Assembly (NCBI GenBank): GCA_001244265.2
Contig: LN717261.1
Location: forward strand, 372,001 to 436,000
DNA: 64,000 nt
Source: Microbotryum violaceum
Lineage: Eukaryota
Reading direction: 5' to 3'
A program made the translations under genes and the position numbers. Under the pieces are notes generated by a model. The model worked only from the letters and a program-made list of their open reading frames with translations. It searched no databases and was not told where the DNA came from. Position 1 is the first letter of the stretch, and every line of letters starts with the position of its first letter. Positions 45,654-59,975 of this stretch are shown piece after piece.

Positions 45654-46517
45654 TGAACCTAAAGTCGGCACAGAACCATTTGTGTTCTCTTGTGCTACTT
45701 GGGACCAGATTACCTTGTCTTGCTTCAAGCATCGCCTACTGCTTCGATTTTTTTCTCCATCTGTCCATTGTTGTAGTGTTATCGACGTGTCAATCTAGAA
45801 AGTGGCTCACAGTTGACGGTGTGCAGTCAGATACACCGGTCGTATTCCACCAACACCGAGAGAGCTCCAAATGCGTTACATGGGGAGGATGCGGAAAGGC
45901 GGTTAACGGTGAGTATGACGGTCCTCACGGCAGGAGAGAGGTCTAGGCTGAGACTAGACTTTCGGGGACGAGGTGCGAGGGAGTTCTCGAGGGAGGATCA
46001 GGTTAGGACTGCGAAGCAACTGAAGCAGGACTTGAACTGTAGGGTTTCTCGAGAAGGGTAAAGAGTGTGATTGCAAAGGAGTGTGGTGTATGAGGATGAG
46101 GATGAGGATGTGTTTTAGGATATGTGTTTTAGTGTATGAGTTGTTGCTTGCAGGAAGCAAAGGACAAACCATCAGATGGCCGGCTTTTATAGTAAAAGCC
46201 ATGGAATGTTATAAAAGGTTATGGAAGGTTTTCTACAAGCAAGAGATCACGATGCCCGATGTCGGCAGATGGAAGGTTGAGGAAGGAGGTGGAGTCTTAT
46301 GGAACGAAGACGACTCTCGGGTTTCGGCGTGCTGTCTCAAAGAGGAAGGTGGGGACAGGACCTGACAGGACCGGCGTTAGTCGCGCTCGATCGTCAAGCC
46401 GGACCGGAGTTGGACTTCGGCTCACCAAGACCGTTACAGTGAGGGCCGCGGCTGACACCAGATAAGTAGGAGGCAATAACACAACAGCGAAAGCGGTGCG
46501 GAGCGACACAAGTGATG

Positions 46518-48984
46518 TTACCGTACCCCTTCGACAGGTATCTCAGGTTTCGGTAAACGATGCTCCTGATGACGATGGCTGGTTTCCTGAACCTTTTCCT
46601 CCCACTTCATCAGTTCGGCCATGAACCCAATGTTGGGACTGACGCCTTTCCTCCGCTTGCCCACAAACGAATAGGCCTGATCCAACGACATCTTGTGCGA
46701 TTGGACCAAGTAGGCGACGACGATCATTACGCTGCGGCTTTTCCCTGCGCGGCAGTGCACATAGACGGGTTCGTTGCGAAGCTGGCACGCGTCGATGAGC
46801 TGACATGAATGACTCAGGACGGCTTGAATGCCCGTCTCTTCGACGACGTCGCGTAAGGGGAGATGGTGGTATTGGTTCGCACGGGAGTACACCGACCGCA
46901 CCAGGGAGTCCTTGCACTCGATGGCGAGGTTTAATATTGTCTCCACACCCATCGATTGGAGCTGTTCCACATCGGTCATGGTCGCTGGCTCAGGGCCGAG
47001 GTAGAGGAACGAGGGGAGGATCGTCGAAGGGTCGAAATTCGACTCGTCGGAGCGTTGATTTGATAAGGCTTCGGAGGGAACATTGGCCGACGACACAGCG
47101 CGTGGGATCGCCGGACGTCCCGAGGGGCGTTCCGAGGCTTGTATGCGACAGAAAGACTGGAGCGATCGCGCGCCAGGCATCATGATGGGCGGCGCCGTGG
47201 GAGCACCTTTGCTCGTGTTCCATCCCAACGAGGATTCGGACGTGTCCAAGCGCAATGGTCGAGCCCGAGGAGCCGCGCTACGAGGCGAGATGGACATGTG
47301 CGCGGGTGCCAAGCTCAGGAACGTCGGCGTCGTTGGCTGTTCGGGTGGCGTATCTCCAGAGCCCATCACGGCGTTGACCGTGATCGACCGACTGCGGGGT
47401 GGCGAAGGTAGAGCAAAGGTAGGCGTCGGCTTAGATCTGACCGGTGCCGAATCTTCCCTCCCGATGCAGCGCCATTCAGCGCTCAGGCCGTTCTCCGACC
47501 AAGCGTTCGCGAGCGATCCCTTCAAGACACTGGCTTCCTCTACCTCTGGCTTTTGGCGCAATATTTTGAGTAAAACTTCGACAGCGTCCCTTTCACTACT
47601 ATGGGGGTCATGGTCGTCTTCATCGACGTCGCCGACTACGATGACGCCATACGAGCCTCTGATCGAGTTGACAATGAGTTTGCCCTCGTCGGTGGTGACA
47701 AATTGGTGCAGATCAAAAGAGCAAGTCTGTTTCGAGCTCTCTCCCAGCTTGCTCAGACGCCGCATCAGCAGAGCTGGGAAGGCCATGTTTCTGTGTGGTG
47801 TGAAATCCGTGGGAGTGAGAACGGAGGTAAACAAGAGAAGATCGCGAGGCGGAGCGGTTAAATCAGGCTCTGCAAACTTACACCGAGCCCTTGATCCTTC
47901 CACTGGGTCCCAAAAAGTCTTGCACCGGCCTCACGTCAATAACAAGCGACGTTGTCGTGCTTTCGCGATCGCGCTCGAGTTTCTTGGATAGCTCGTGCGC
48001 AGTGATGTGGACATCAGCCTGAGTGGGCGATTCCGAGGTTGGGCCGGGCGGCAAAGGGAAAGCGTCTCCGCTGCTGGTTTCGGTCGGCGATGTCGAGGCG
48101 CGAGGTGGAAACAAGAAGACGCTTGACGAATTGTCTCGGTCACGGGACGACAACGGGTAGGCAGATTGTGCGGGTGAGGTGACTAAGAAGCGGCGGCAGC
48201 GCGACCAAGAGAGTATGTGAGTGCAAGTTCGGATCGGACGGGTCGGAAACTTACTTCTGGTCGACGGCGCGAACAATCGGCCCAGCACCGGTGTCGCAAG
48301 CGATGGTGTAGCCAGTGAGGCCGTGGTCCTCACCGTAGTATCCAGGCTCGATGGCGCTGTAGCTGACGCCCCCGACGACTTGGGGTGATCGACAGAATCG
48401 AGGGGTCGCGAAGTGAGCGGCAGGGAGTTACTGTGCCGGGTGGGGATCGGGATTCTGGCCGAGATGCCTGTCCCTGTCGACGGTGGCACGGAGGGACAGC
48501 TGTCTGACTTGGGCCTGTCAAAAATACCATTGCCATGATTGATTGTCCGCGCAGTCGTGGACCTCGCCGTAGTCGTAGCTGTGGCCGCGAGCACATTCGC
48601 AGTCGACGCCCCCGTGCTGGACCCGGTTGCACCGCCGCGGAGAGCCAAGCCACCCGCACCACTTGGCGCGCACTGCTCATCCTCGTCGCCGAAGTCGGAG
48701 TGGTCCGTCAGCATGGGATCGAGGTCTTTACCTGAATCGATCCTGCCCCACAACGTCGTGCTCGCATTCGAAGAAGCGCCATCATCATCGTCGTCGTCGT
48801 CGTTGTCGCTGTCGCTGCCGCTCGCAAGGCCGGGGATGGGTGGCGACGCGCTCCTCACAGAGCGCTTTGAGGCGGGAGAGCTGGTCAGCCGGTCCAAAGG
48901 CAGGAGGAGAGACGGACTGGGCCGCGAAGGTGTAGTAGGTGGTGCAAGCCGGGCTTTGTGCAGGTCGGGCTCGTTCTGTGGCAT
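46518..48984 (-). CDS. Dual-specificity (MAP kinase-type) protein phosphatase with rhodanese-like region
   Basis: ILPSFLYLGP, VYVHCRAGKSRS (HCX5R) and VSPNIGFMAEL; LVIDVRP...RIKGSV rhodanese-like motif upstream; spliced. Confidence 0.88.
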
Positions 48985-49469
48985 GGCGGTAAAGTACGCG
49001 AAATCACCGACTTGGCCGACGGCGGCAAGGTCGGATCAATCAGCCTTCGGAGAGGGTGGACCCCGCTCGAGTCCGAGGCGTGTATGCAGAACTGTCCGGG
49101 GAGCGGTGCAGGCGACAGGGAACCTCCCGAAACCAGGTTTGATCTTGTGGTCAAAGTCAATGCTGTGGGGCGACCCGAGCGCAAGTGGCAAGAGGACAAG
49201 TGCAGGATGGGGTCAGAGGGCAGCTTGGGCTCAGCGACCAGCCAGATGCTTTGCGCAGCGCTGAAACAGGACCGCTGGAGACCGCTGGAAAGGGACTGAA
49301 TAAGCGCGCACGGACCGCCTGCCGCGACCGAGAAGGACCCTCGGACCGAGATCGGATCAGCACATACTGTCGCTCGAGTAAGATGGCTTTCGTGACCTTA
49401 CAGAGCGTCGAGCTGTTTCTACCTCGTAGCCTTGAAATGCATTCATGTGTATGGAAATCGTCATGATTC

Positions 49470-52400
49470 TTACGCGTCCAAAAAGCTATCAAGTGATTCG
49501 CCCAAGTGTTCTTCGATCCTCGTGATCAACGATCGTGTCGCCCTTGCGACCCCGTCTTCGCTTTCCTCGAGCGTCTCGCTCAAGAATGGTGTAGTTTCGG
49601 GGACAAAACCGAGCATGCCGTCCCCAAGCGCGACCCAGACCTGTTCGAGAGCTTCGACGGCCGCTCGCTTCACACGCAGATCATCAGAGCGGGTATGCAT
49701 AAGTAACGACATGTTGAATTGCTTGAGCAAGCGCTCGTGGGCCACGAGTCGCAGCGAGTATTGCGACAGCAGAGGCTCGTAATGCGACTTGACGAGGCCA
49801 GGTGGCAGCACTTGGCGAGAAACGAGCACCTGGTCCGCAACAGGAGTCGATAGTTTGCCCAACCGCAGGGGCGTCCAAAAGTCTGCGAGAAAGCAAGTAG
49901 AGAGGAGTCAATCGAGGTCAGCCGTCTTTCCACCTGATCTACGGTACATGATTCAACAAAGCCGAACTTACTGCCTTCGTCGTAGTCGATCGATTTGGTC
50001 AGAGCCGACGTCACAGCAGTCCAAAGTGCGACATCTTGATTGTCGCCTCGGGCGAACGCCACAAGCAGCTCGGTGGTTTGGTCGAGCATGAACGAGAAGT
50101 AAGGCACGACGATGCTGCGCAGCTGCGTCAAAAGTCGATCCATCAACTTATAAAGCACGAAGCGACGCGGAATGAGCGCAACCTCGCCTTGTTCCACGAG
50201 ATCGATCACAACCCAATCGTAGGTGCGCAGGAACAGGGGTCGGAACGTCTGCTCGTTGAGTTTGAGGATGAACTGCACGAAAGCGCCCAGTCCGGTGTCT
50301 TCGATGCGATCAAGGTCTTCGATGAGGAGCGACGAAGGCTGGAGTCGACGAAGATCAAAGATGGCAAGGAAGAGCTTGAAAATGGACCGGTAGGCCTCTG
50401 CAATGTCTGGAACCTTGCCGTATCGCAAAGCGCGATTGAGAACGTCAAGCAGACCGAGGACGCCTGAAGCAGTGGGACTCGATCCTAGCGAAGCATGCAT
50501 ACGAATGATAGAGGGATACAGGACCTTGGCAGGAAGCCTCTTTGCGACGGTGGAAAGGAGTGCTGCGCGAGCTTTGCTGACCGCCGTCCCCTTGTTTCCG
50601 GCGAGCACGAGCACGTCTGGCGAGAGAGCGAGTTGCAACACCTTGTCGGTATGCGCGCCGATGAAGTTGGGAGTAGAGGAGAAGAGGCCCTCAAGTGTCT
50701 CGAAAATCGGAGCCGCAATGGCCGACAAGCCGGTGGGCTGCTTGGCGACCGAGTGGAGCGTGTCGATGGCGAAAGACACGATCTTGGCGACAAGAGGGAT
50801 GAGACGAGGACCGAGACGGCTCGTGAGCTTCGTGACGATGTTGATTGCCAGCACCCGAGTAGCGAAATCATTCTCTGCCGATGATGCCACCGCGATGAGG
50901 TACGGAACAATTTTGGCCAATGCGGTGTCTTCGTCGGGATAAACCGATGATGCGATGACGAGCAACGTCTCGAGCGCCCCGTCGCGGTTCTCGGTCGTTT
51001 CGGACAGCAGAGTGTGCGCCCGGTCTACGACACACACCACCGCCGGTGAGATCTCGGCCCGCCTGGCGGGCTTGATCTTGGGCAAGCGGGTGCGCAAGAG
51101 ACCGAATGCGCAGGGCTGGATCGTTGCGTCGGACTGATCGAGCAGCCAAAGAATCGCCTCCGAGAATGAGCTCGTCGACATGAGGTGGACCGTCGACTGG
51201 ATGCACGAGTTCGTCAAAGCCACAAGCTCGGACTTCGCAGTCTGCGGCAAGGTCGAAGTCGGCGGTGGCACCAAATTCAACAGGGCCCGGATGAGACTGG
51301 TCAAGCTGGAGTCGACATCTTCCAAACCGGCAGCATGAGCCGCATCGACCTTGCCAAGTAGCTGTCGTGATTCAAGCGTGGAAGCGAGAAGCGACAGTTG
51401 CCGATCAGCTTGCTGTGTCATAGCGTTGTTGGCCTCACTCTCTATTTCCATGGTGCTGTGAAGCAGATCCCAAAAATCACGAGTAAGCTTCCTGGTCGTA
51501 GACCGTCGTTCCAGCGTCACAGGAACACAGGAACTTACGCTGCACGCGCATCCAAGAAAGATGGCTCGCCTTCGAGCAAATGTCCAACTTCGTCCACGAT
51601 CTGATGGAAAGCCGCTAGTTGGACCTCTATCGAGAAGTGCTCGAGCACCAGCGAAGACAACGGGCTGCCGTCGGCGGTCTTGATATCGCGCTCGGCAAGC
51701 AACATGGCCACGGCCGACAGGAAGTCTTGGGAGCCAAGCGTCTCGACGAGTCGCACGATTAGCCTTGAAGAAGGCAAGGCATATGCTTGTGGTTAACACT
51801 GAGAATGAAATGGAGAGCCGAGCCAAGAAGTGGTACTCACTTGATGCGTCGGTGCCGAGGCATGTGCTCGGCAGCATCCGCAAACACTTGCAAGAGATCT
51901 TTGAGGTTCGCCACAAGCGCCTCGCGGTCCCCAGACTTGCGCTTCGTCGACTTGACTAGGGCCGGGATAATGCTCTCTAGCGTTTGATCAACGACGCGCA
52001 AGCTGTAAGCGTCGTCCCGCTGGATCACGTTCGCGCCGACAAACGTAAAGATGGGCATGACGTGGTGAACAAGTAAATCTGGTACGAGCGGGCCGAGCTG
52101 GGCGAGCAAGAGCAATGCTTGGTGATACGTCTGCGGGTTCGTCGAAGTGCGCATGAGGTCGAGCACAGGTGACATCCGAATCGAGTCGGTGATGATCGTG
52201 TTCGCATTGGGATCGACATGCGACACCAGGGCAGACAGGCTTGAGAGCACAAGTTGGCCCGAGTATTGCACATCGACCTGAGCGGGGGCGGGGACCTCAA
52301 TCATGCTGGAAAGGAGATCGAACAGCGCCAACAGAAGGTTGGGGATGGGTTCCAATTTCGCGAAGTCCACCGACTCGAGTATAACCACCAGCTCCGGGAC

Positions 52401-55400
52401 GCGGTCGGTTCTGCTGCCTGAGGTGACAGACGAGTTGCCCAACGAGGTGCGTCCTCGTTTTGCACCTTTGCTGACCGGGGACGCCAAGGACAACTTGAGC
52501 TCGTTGAGGACCAAAGTGACCGTTCCAGCATCAACTTTAATGGCGCGCACCGCCGCCAATGGGGCCGCCGCGAGCCGCGCATCCTGATGAACACCAAGAC
52601 GAATGAGCCGTTTGAACACGTCGAGCCTGTCCTCACCCCGGACCACGGAGAAAAGAGATGCGCCAAGGATCGTGAATGCCTGCTCGCGCAGAGCGCCGCC
52701 GATCCCGAAGAGTTCCTCGAGGCTCATCAACTTGAGCAAGGTCTCGAAGGCCTGGTTGTCCGCGCTCGATTCGATCCATTTCTTGCTCGCGCCGTCGAAA
52801 GGTTGCAGCAGTTCGCGGCTGAGTTGGGCGACAACGTTCGAATCCACGTCCTTGGACAGGTTGAACCGTTCCTCGGCTGTGTACTCGGTTATGACTTGAC
52901 GCAAGATAGGCAAGACCAAATTGGCCTTGAACGCGTCTCGGACCCGCGACAATATGCGCAAGAACGTGAAGCGAGTCTCCAAATCACTCCTCCATGCCAA
53001 CGCATGGGACAGCAGGAACGTCGCGACTTTGAGTTTCAGCGTCGTCTTCTTCTTGGACGGGCTAGGGTGACTAGCCGATGATTTGCTCGACGAGGCATCC
53101 AGTAAGGACTCGTGAATCGAGATCAGGTAGGATCCGTCCATCAAGATCTCAGTCTTTGCAGCCGCGATCTTGGTCAGATATTCGGTGGTATCGGCGACGT
53201 CGAGGTATTGCAAGACCGAGCTTGAGAAAGGTCCGTAAAACTTCTCGCGGCCGTAAATACGACCTGTCGACTTGGGCATGGCCTGCAGCACGTCCGAGAC
53301 CAGACCCATGGCTTCACTTCGGACGCGACGCTCAGGCGAGGTAAGTGCCAAGACGATAGCTGGAACGACGACTTGCCAATCGACAGGTTTGCGCAGATCG
53401 GGTGAGGCTTGGGCCTGCACATACACAGCCGCATCCCGCAAGGCGATGACACGCAGCTCGAGAGGCGCAGTGCTTGAGGTGAAGATCGATGCCAGGAACG
53501 CAAGGACGTCAACGACCACCATGTGCCCAAATAGCGATCGGAGCAGGGCGCTTGCAAGTGTCGAAGGAGCGGACTTCATCGCCAATCGAGCGTGGGCGAG
53601 TTGGTAGACCGCAAGAAAGAAGTCCTGCAGATCCGAGTCGTGGTCGCCGTCTTGGGGAGCGAGCCAATTCCACCGTATCCTCTCATCACTTTGTACTGTT
53701 TCCACTACATTCAGGAGGAGCGTTGTCCGTACCCATCGCAAAGTGTGGTGCTGGTTAGGGCGGAACACGACAGCATCCGCTACCGCCGCCGCTGGCAGGC
53801 CCTTGGCACAGTCGGCTACAAGCTCGACCTGACCGTTCTCGAATGAGTCGATTCCGAAGGCAGTCTCGGTGATGCGACCGAAGACGTGGAGAGCGAAGCG
53901 ACTACGCAGCTTTGGCTCAATCATGCCCGCAATGCGAGCGGAGACGAGACTGGACAGCAAGTGAGAGCTGGCCTCTGGCAGAGATGTCTCCCCGGCTTGC
54001 GCGATAGGGATGACACTCGACAGAAGGTAGTCTTGCACAACCTCGTAGTGCTCTCGAGCCAAGCCAGCAATATTGCGCGCTAAGGTTTCGACCACGGCTT
54101 CGTTGGCACGAGTAGCACCCGCGGCAAACCCGTTATTGCTGGGATCGAGCTTGAGGTCAAACGAGGATCCTACGCCGTTCAACCAAGCCGAAGCCGTCTC
54201 GAGTTTGGAGCCTTTAAGTGCAACCCATGCCACGACTCGCTGGCCGTGATCTGCTTTGGCGCTAAGGAGGCGGCTCCAAAACACGTCCCAAACCACGCGG
54301 TCGGCGAGCTCGGGAAACTGAACGACGAAATGATCGGCGAGATAGGCCAGGACGAGCTTCACAGAAGCGATGGGTGCAGTTGCACCGAGGCTCATTTTTA
54401 GTGCTTGCAATTGATCGACGCCACCCACGTAATTGTTAAGGATCGAGAGGGCGGAAGGAGCCAAGACCGCGGAGACGACGGAAGCATCCGACTCCGAAAG
54501 CCGTGCGACCAAAGTGTCGTGAACAAAGGAGGGATTCGAGGCGGCTATATTATCCGCTGACAGCAGCAAATAATTGAGAGCTTTGACTCGCACTGCTGCA
54601 TCGGGATCGGAAGCGGCCAAGAACACGCTTGATGACTCCGTATCGTTCGCAACAGTGCGTCCGCCCGAGAGCACGGCGTTGACCAGGGACCACAGCTTTG
54701 GCTTGTCGTTCGCCGGGAGAGTGCTCGTGCGCACGCTGAGCTCCTTCGACCAGATCGACGGCCATCGTTGATGAACTTGCGAAAGTGCGCGCACCAAAGG
54801 TTGGGTTGATTGGCTTGACGACGCGCACAGTGCAGCGGAAACAACGGATCGTGCCAAAAGCGTCACGATGGTGTCGGGGAGTACCGTGGGCGAAATGTAC
54901 TCGGATTCACCAGTTGGCAACAAAAGCTTGGACAGGATAGCAGCTTCGGCCTCCGATTCAACACTGTGTCCGTTATGTTTTTAGATCAATCAAGCCCCCA
55001 GGGGAAGCGCTTAGAGCTATTAAGACTTACGCCTGCGCCGCCAAGGTATTGAGGAAGGGCATCATAAACTTTTGTGCATCGTACTGATTGCATAGTTGAA
55101 TGAGCAGATCGCAAAGACGTTCGACCTTCATCAAGCTCTTCCAGCCACTACCGCCGAGGAACTTCTTGCCCTCGCCGACATCGACCACACCCTGACCAAG
55201 GCGGGTGACAACGATGAGGGTTGTGATGAAAGCCGCGTCGGTTTCTTCGTCGCCGGTATCTCGCCTTGTTTTGTTGCTGACGATCGTTTTGACGACCACT
55301 CGCAGGGTCTCGCCTTCGAAGGGTAGATGGAGCGCGTAGCGGGCGAGCAAGATGTAGGTCGCAATCAACAGATCGGGCTGATCCCTCGACGACCGCAGCA

Positions 55401-56294
55401 CCTCGAGAATCGTAGACAGGACGGCAGCACGTTCTCCCTCGGGAAGTTTCGTGCCGGCGCGGTCGACGTAAGCGGCTACGAATTGCAGCCAGAAGCCGAT
55501 CAACGCTCGGTCGACTTTCTCGTCGGCCTCGAGGTAGGAGAGCGGCAGTCGGAGCAAGAAGTCGAGAAGGCCTCGCGCTGTCGAAAGAGGGTTGAACGGA
55601 GAAAGGAGGGAGATGAGGTCGGGCAAGGCGAGGGGCGCCAAGGAGGCTCGGGCGTCGAGCAAGAGCGAGAACGGCGCGGTCTTCCGCAGGGTCGGCTCGG
55701 CGATGAGGTTCAAAGCGGACGGGAAATGAGCGGTGGTGTGGTATGGCATGAACAAGGCGATCAAAGACGCGGTGTTGAGATCATTGACCCTATGAGAAGT
55801 GAATGCGCCACACATCGACGGCGGTCGTCAGCGGCGGTCGTCGTAGGTGAGAAGTCGGGTTAGACTTCGCGTCTACGACTTTCATGAGCGGACAGAGCCC
55901 AGCAGAACAGCAGAACTGACCTGAATCTGCGTAAGAGCCATTCAAGTACGACTCCAGCTGGTTTGAGCAGCATGTGCTTCCCCAGGGCCCGGAGCACCTT
56001 GTCGAGCACTTGGCCGAGCCGATCGTTGTCCTCCTTGGTCAAGGCGCTTCGATCGATCGTCTTGGCTTCCTCCCCCAAGATGCGAGCATGGTAGCGTTCA
56101 AAGAAAGGGTCGAGGTTCGAGAGCTGGTCCCAGGCATTGGAAGCGAGTGCATGGAGATCCGCGGTCGAGATGGACGCCGCATGGCGCGGCGAGAAGATGA
56201 ACGAAGGTGGGTTCTTGAGCGACTTTGCGGACTGCAATCGTACGGAGTCGAGTGTGGTCCTCTGTGCGAGTTGCACGGCCAGAGAGCTCGACAT
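49470..56294 (-). CDS. UTP10: U3 snoRNA-associated protein 10 (HEATR1/BP28), multi-exon
   Basis: MSSSLAVQL..PSFIF..A and VLEWLLRRF..ALFMPYH at the N-terminus; BP28CT-like ILKLNEQTFRPLF; C-terminal FVPETTPFLSETLEE..IEEHLGESL; ~2000 aa helical protein. Confidence 0.93.
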
Positions 56295-56698
56295 AGTGGG
56301 CAGTGGGCAGTCGTGGGTGGAGTGGCGTGCGTTTTCAGGGCCAAATCTCCGATGGAAGGCTGGAGCGAGCGAGGCCAGTGAATCGTTCGCCAGGTGGGTG
56401 TGCGAAGGGGGGCAGCTGGGGGCGTCGGCCTCGGTCGGCTCAATCTTGAGCTCGATGAAAGGTCGAGCTGGCTGCGAAGTCGCGGGTACTGAGCGCTGAG
56501 GTCACGTGCCCTGAGCCGCGCGTGGAATGAACGGTTTGTAAACGCGATTACTCCGCGACGAGCTTGAACGGTAAGGAGAGATTTGCGCGGGACCCGCCCA
56601 AGCCCGCCCAATACGGCGGAGCCGCGCGTCTCGCGTACAAGGCCAGGCTTGCGTTTGCGGTTCCTCTGCCTTCCACACCAACCACCTCATTCCCTGCC
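56295..56698. promoter_or_regulatory. Divergent promoter region between UTP10 and eIF5A
   Basis: About 400 bp between head-to-head start codons, with several CGCG boxes. Confidence 0.5.
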
Positions 56699-58464
56699 AT
56701 GATGTCTGACACCGAGGTAAGCGCGGCGAGCGAGATAGTGCCACACGCGACCAGAACCATGTTGCTGACTCGAATGTACTCTCTTCTCTGTCGGTCGTTG
56801 CTGTGATGCTCGTTCGTCGCTTACTCCGTCGCGATCGCCCTTTTTTTCCCTGACGCCCAATCCGCGCCCGGCGACGACACTCACCTCGCTCTGGCCTTCG
56901 CCCCCGCCGCCTGCCCGCGCTGACTTGGTGCTGGCCGCTCGCCTACTGCGATACTGCCTGCCCATCCTCGGAAACGAACGGCCGGTCGTCGACTGACATC
57001 CTCCCGGGTCTCCCTCGCCCTCTCGCTAATCGACACCTGCATCACTCTCCTCACCTCGACTCGGAATATTGGTTATCGCCTCTTTGGAACCAACAGCAAA
57101 CCAGGGACCAGGAGCATGAGGAGACCACCTTCGAGTCGGCCAACGCTGGTGCCTCGTTGACCTACCCCATGCAGTGCTCTGCGCTCCGCAAGGGTGGATA
57201 CGTCGTCATGAAGAGCAAGGCCTGCAAGGTCAGTGGATAGCTTCTTCATTGTCCTTAACTTTCTGCATCGTCCTCGTCTGTCACTGTTGCGGGTGTACAC
57301 ATCAGCATGGTCGTATATTTGGGTCGTAGCATCAGTTGTGTGGACCCCCGAAGTGGCTCGGCCAGACTGGTCCGAAAACGCGGCCAAGAACCGGACTTCG
57401 CTACGAGCGCACGTCCATCAGCCCGCACCCTGGTTCCCACCGCTGGCTCTCTTCTTCGCTTTGGCGTCACGCCAAAGCGAACGGCATCTTCGACAGACAC
57501 TGCTTTTCGTCACGCCAAAGCGAACGGCATCTTCGACAGACACTGCTTTTCGTCACGCCAAAGCGAACGGCATCTTCGACAGACACTGCTTTTCGTCACG
57601 CCAAAGCGAACGGCATCTTCGACAGACACTGCTTTTCGTCACGCCAAAGCGAACGGCATCTTCGACAGACACTGCTTTTCGTCACGCCAAAGCGAACGGC
57701 ATCTTCGACAGACACTGCTTTTCGTCACGCCAAAGCGAACGGCATCTTCGACAGACACTGCTTTTCGTCACGCCAAAGCGAACGGCATCTTCGACAGACA
57801 CTGCTTTTCTCCCCGAACTCGTATCACTGCTGACCCGTGCTGCACCCACACTTCCATTCCGTCCTTTGTTCCGTCACCTCGCACCTCGTTGGATGCCTTT
57901 TGTAGATCATTGACATGTCAACCTCCAAGACTGGCAAGCACGGACACGCTAAGGTCCACTTGATCGCCACCGACATCTTCACCGGCAAGAAGCTTGAAGA
58001 TATCTCGCCCTCAACCCACAACATGGACGTTCCGAACGTCATTCGTTCGGAATACCAGCTCATCAACAGTGCGTTGTGGCCCACTCGCACGCCTCGTCCT
58101 TTGTGCACTGATCGTAAATCTTGCTAACGAACACGATTGATTCTTTCTGAACACAGTCGATGACGGTTTCCTCAATTTGATGACCACCGACGGTACCGCC
58201 AAGGACGACGTCCGTCTCCCCGAGTCCGAGATCGGCGACCAGATCCAAGCCGCCTTCGATGACGGAACCGATGTGAGTGACAAGCAGGCCATGGACAGAC
58301 GCTTGATTGCTTGTCGTGTGTCGATACTTACGCTTTCTCGTCTCGTGACGTCCTATCAGCTCCTCGTCACGATCATCGCCGCCATGGGCCAGGAGCAGGC
58401 CATCGCCTTCAAGGAGGCCCCCAAGGTTCCTCTTCTTCCCGGTTCAGCGGATCTCAAGCAGTAG
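56699..58464 (+). CDS. TIF51: Translation factor eIF5A, multi-exon
   Basis: Exons give [29 protein letters not shown], hypusine motif [32 protein letters not shown], and [20 protein letters not shown]. Last codons uncertain. Confidence 0.96.
57465..57808. repeat. Perfect tandem array 8 x 43 bp inside an eIF5A intron
   Basis: Unit CGTCACGCCAAAGCGAACGGCATCTTCGACAGACACTGCTTTT; 344 bp = 8 x 43; no spacers. Confidence 0.97.
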
Positions 58465-59975
58465 CACGGATCATTGACGGCCTTAAACGTATGCTATCGA
58501 TCCTACAGATGTAAATCGCTTCTCCACCCGAAAGGAATCGACTTGCCTACCCCCTCTCTTCCCTCGTTCCCATTTGCATTTCTTCTTTTCGCTTCGCGCT
58601 CCTTCCTTGTCTCGAAATCTCTTGCCTCCTCCCCTTCCGCACTCTTTCCCCCCTAAACCCCTCCCCTTCCTTCTTCCCTCGGTCTATATGGTGGTTCGAT
58701 CCGGTCGTCATCTCGTGCTCAAGTAGGCGGTCGCCTTGATTGGTGAACCTCTCGCCTGAGCTTGGATCGACGTCAGCGAAATCGAATCATAGAATGTGCT
58801 GGACGTATGTGTCGCGTGTGTGCTTGTGTGTGTCCGTCGATGGACAGTGGGTGGTGAATGTATGAAGATGGCGGTGTTTTGCGATGGGTCAAAAGCCTGG
58901 CCCGTCTTCTCCTTGCTTCCTTTTAGATGCAAACACGGAGAAGGATTCCCTCGATCCAGGCCGCCCCAAATCACGGTGGCCCGGATCGAGGGCCAAACTT
59001 CCATCTTGTGTGCTCCGAGGGATTCTTGTTTGGAATACAAACCGGTTCTTTCGGTGTCGTTTGAGTTGCCCGTCTTTCGTCGCGAGCAGGGAATCTCATC
59101 GTTGCTGAAATGGAGCGTCAAGGAAACATCACCGGCAGATCTTGCCAGATGAACGCGCAACGCAGTCAGTCAGTGGACAGACGAGAGGGCACAATCCGTG
59201 GCGTATGGAGTTCCAACAACGAGACGAGTTTGTCGAGAAACTCCTACTCGAGTACAGGCAATATACTCGGGGGCTGAATCATGGACCGACTGAGAACTGT
59301 CTTCGGCGATTGCATCGAGCCGGGCGTCGATGTAATCGGATGCGAGCACTTCGGGAGCCAAGTCATGGCTAGCGACGAAGGCGGACTTGGTTCGCTTCAT
59401 CTCTTTAATGATGATTGAGTCGGCCTGCACGCGGATAAGTCAAGTATTCAGTAGTTTTATTGAATCCGGAGAATCAATCCGAGAAGTACGAAATGTTGTC
59501 CACCTGCTCGGCGATCCAGTCATTGATTGACTCGGCTTCAAGTTCTTGACTCTGTGCCATCCTCGCGTGCAAGTCTTAGAATGAGAACAAGTACTCGCTT
59601 AAGGCTGGACCAGTTGCTGTTCAACAGCTTTGGTCGGTGTGTTTGAACGCCTTCAAAAAGTGTGGATGGGCTGAAGTACCACGACAGGTATTGACATAGC
59701 GAGAGATCGCGGCTACAAAATTCAGCGAATACGGATCCGCCTCGCGGCGGTTGTTCTGGCAAGTTGATGAGGTATGGCGTCTGCTTGTTCGCGTCATTTT
59801 GGGTTTCAGATATTGTCGCGCTTGACGTGGCCGACGATCCTCGTGAAAAGAGGCGATCAGCGAAGCGTACGCAAGGGATCAAGCCGAACGGAGCAGGCTC
59901 GCCGATGATGAGAGCGCCAATTACACGATCGACTCTCCTGACCCGACTCTCCTGACCACTCGCGCGAGTCGTAGC

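Noticed and set aside
46038..46237. Solo LTR (TGTAG...CTACA, 200 bp, AT-rich)
   Set aside because: Flanks TGAAC and AGCAA give no TSD and there is no second copy in the window; plausible but unsupported.
57465..57808. CRISPR array, and the 165-226 aa ORFs over it
   Set aside because: Units are contiguous and identical with no unique spacers, there are no cas genes, and it lies in a eukaryotic intron. The ORFs are by-products of a stop-free repeat.
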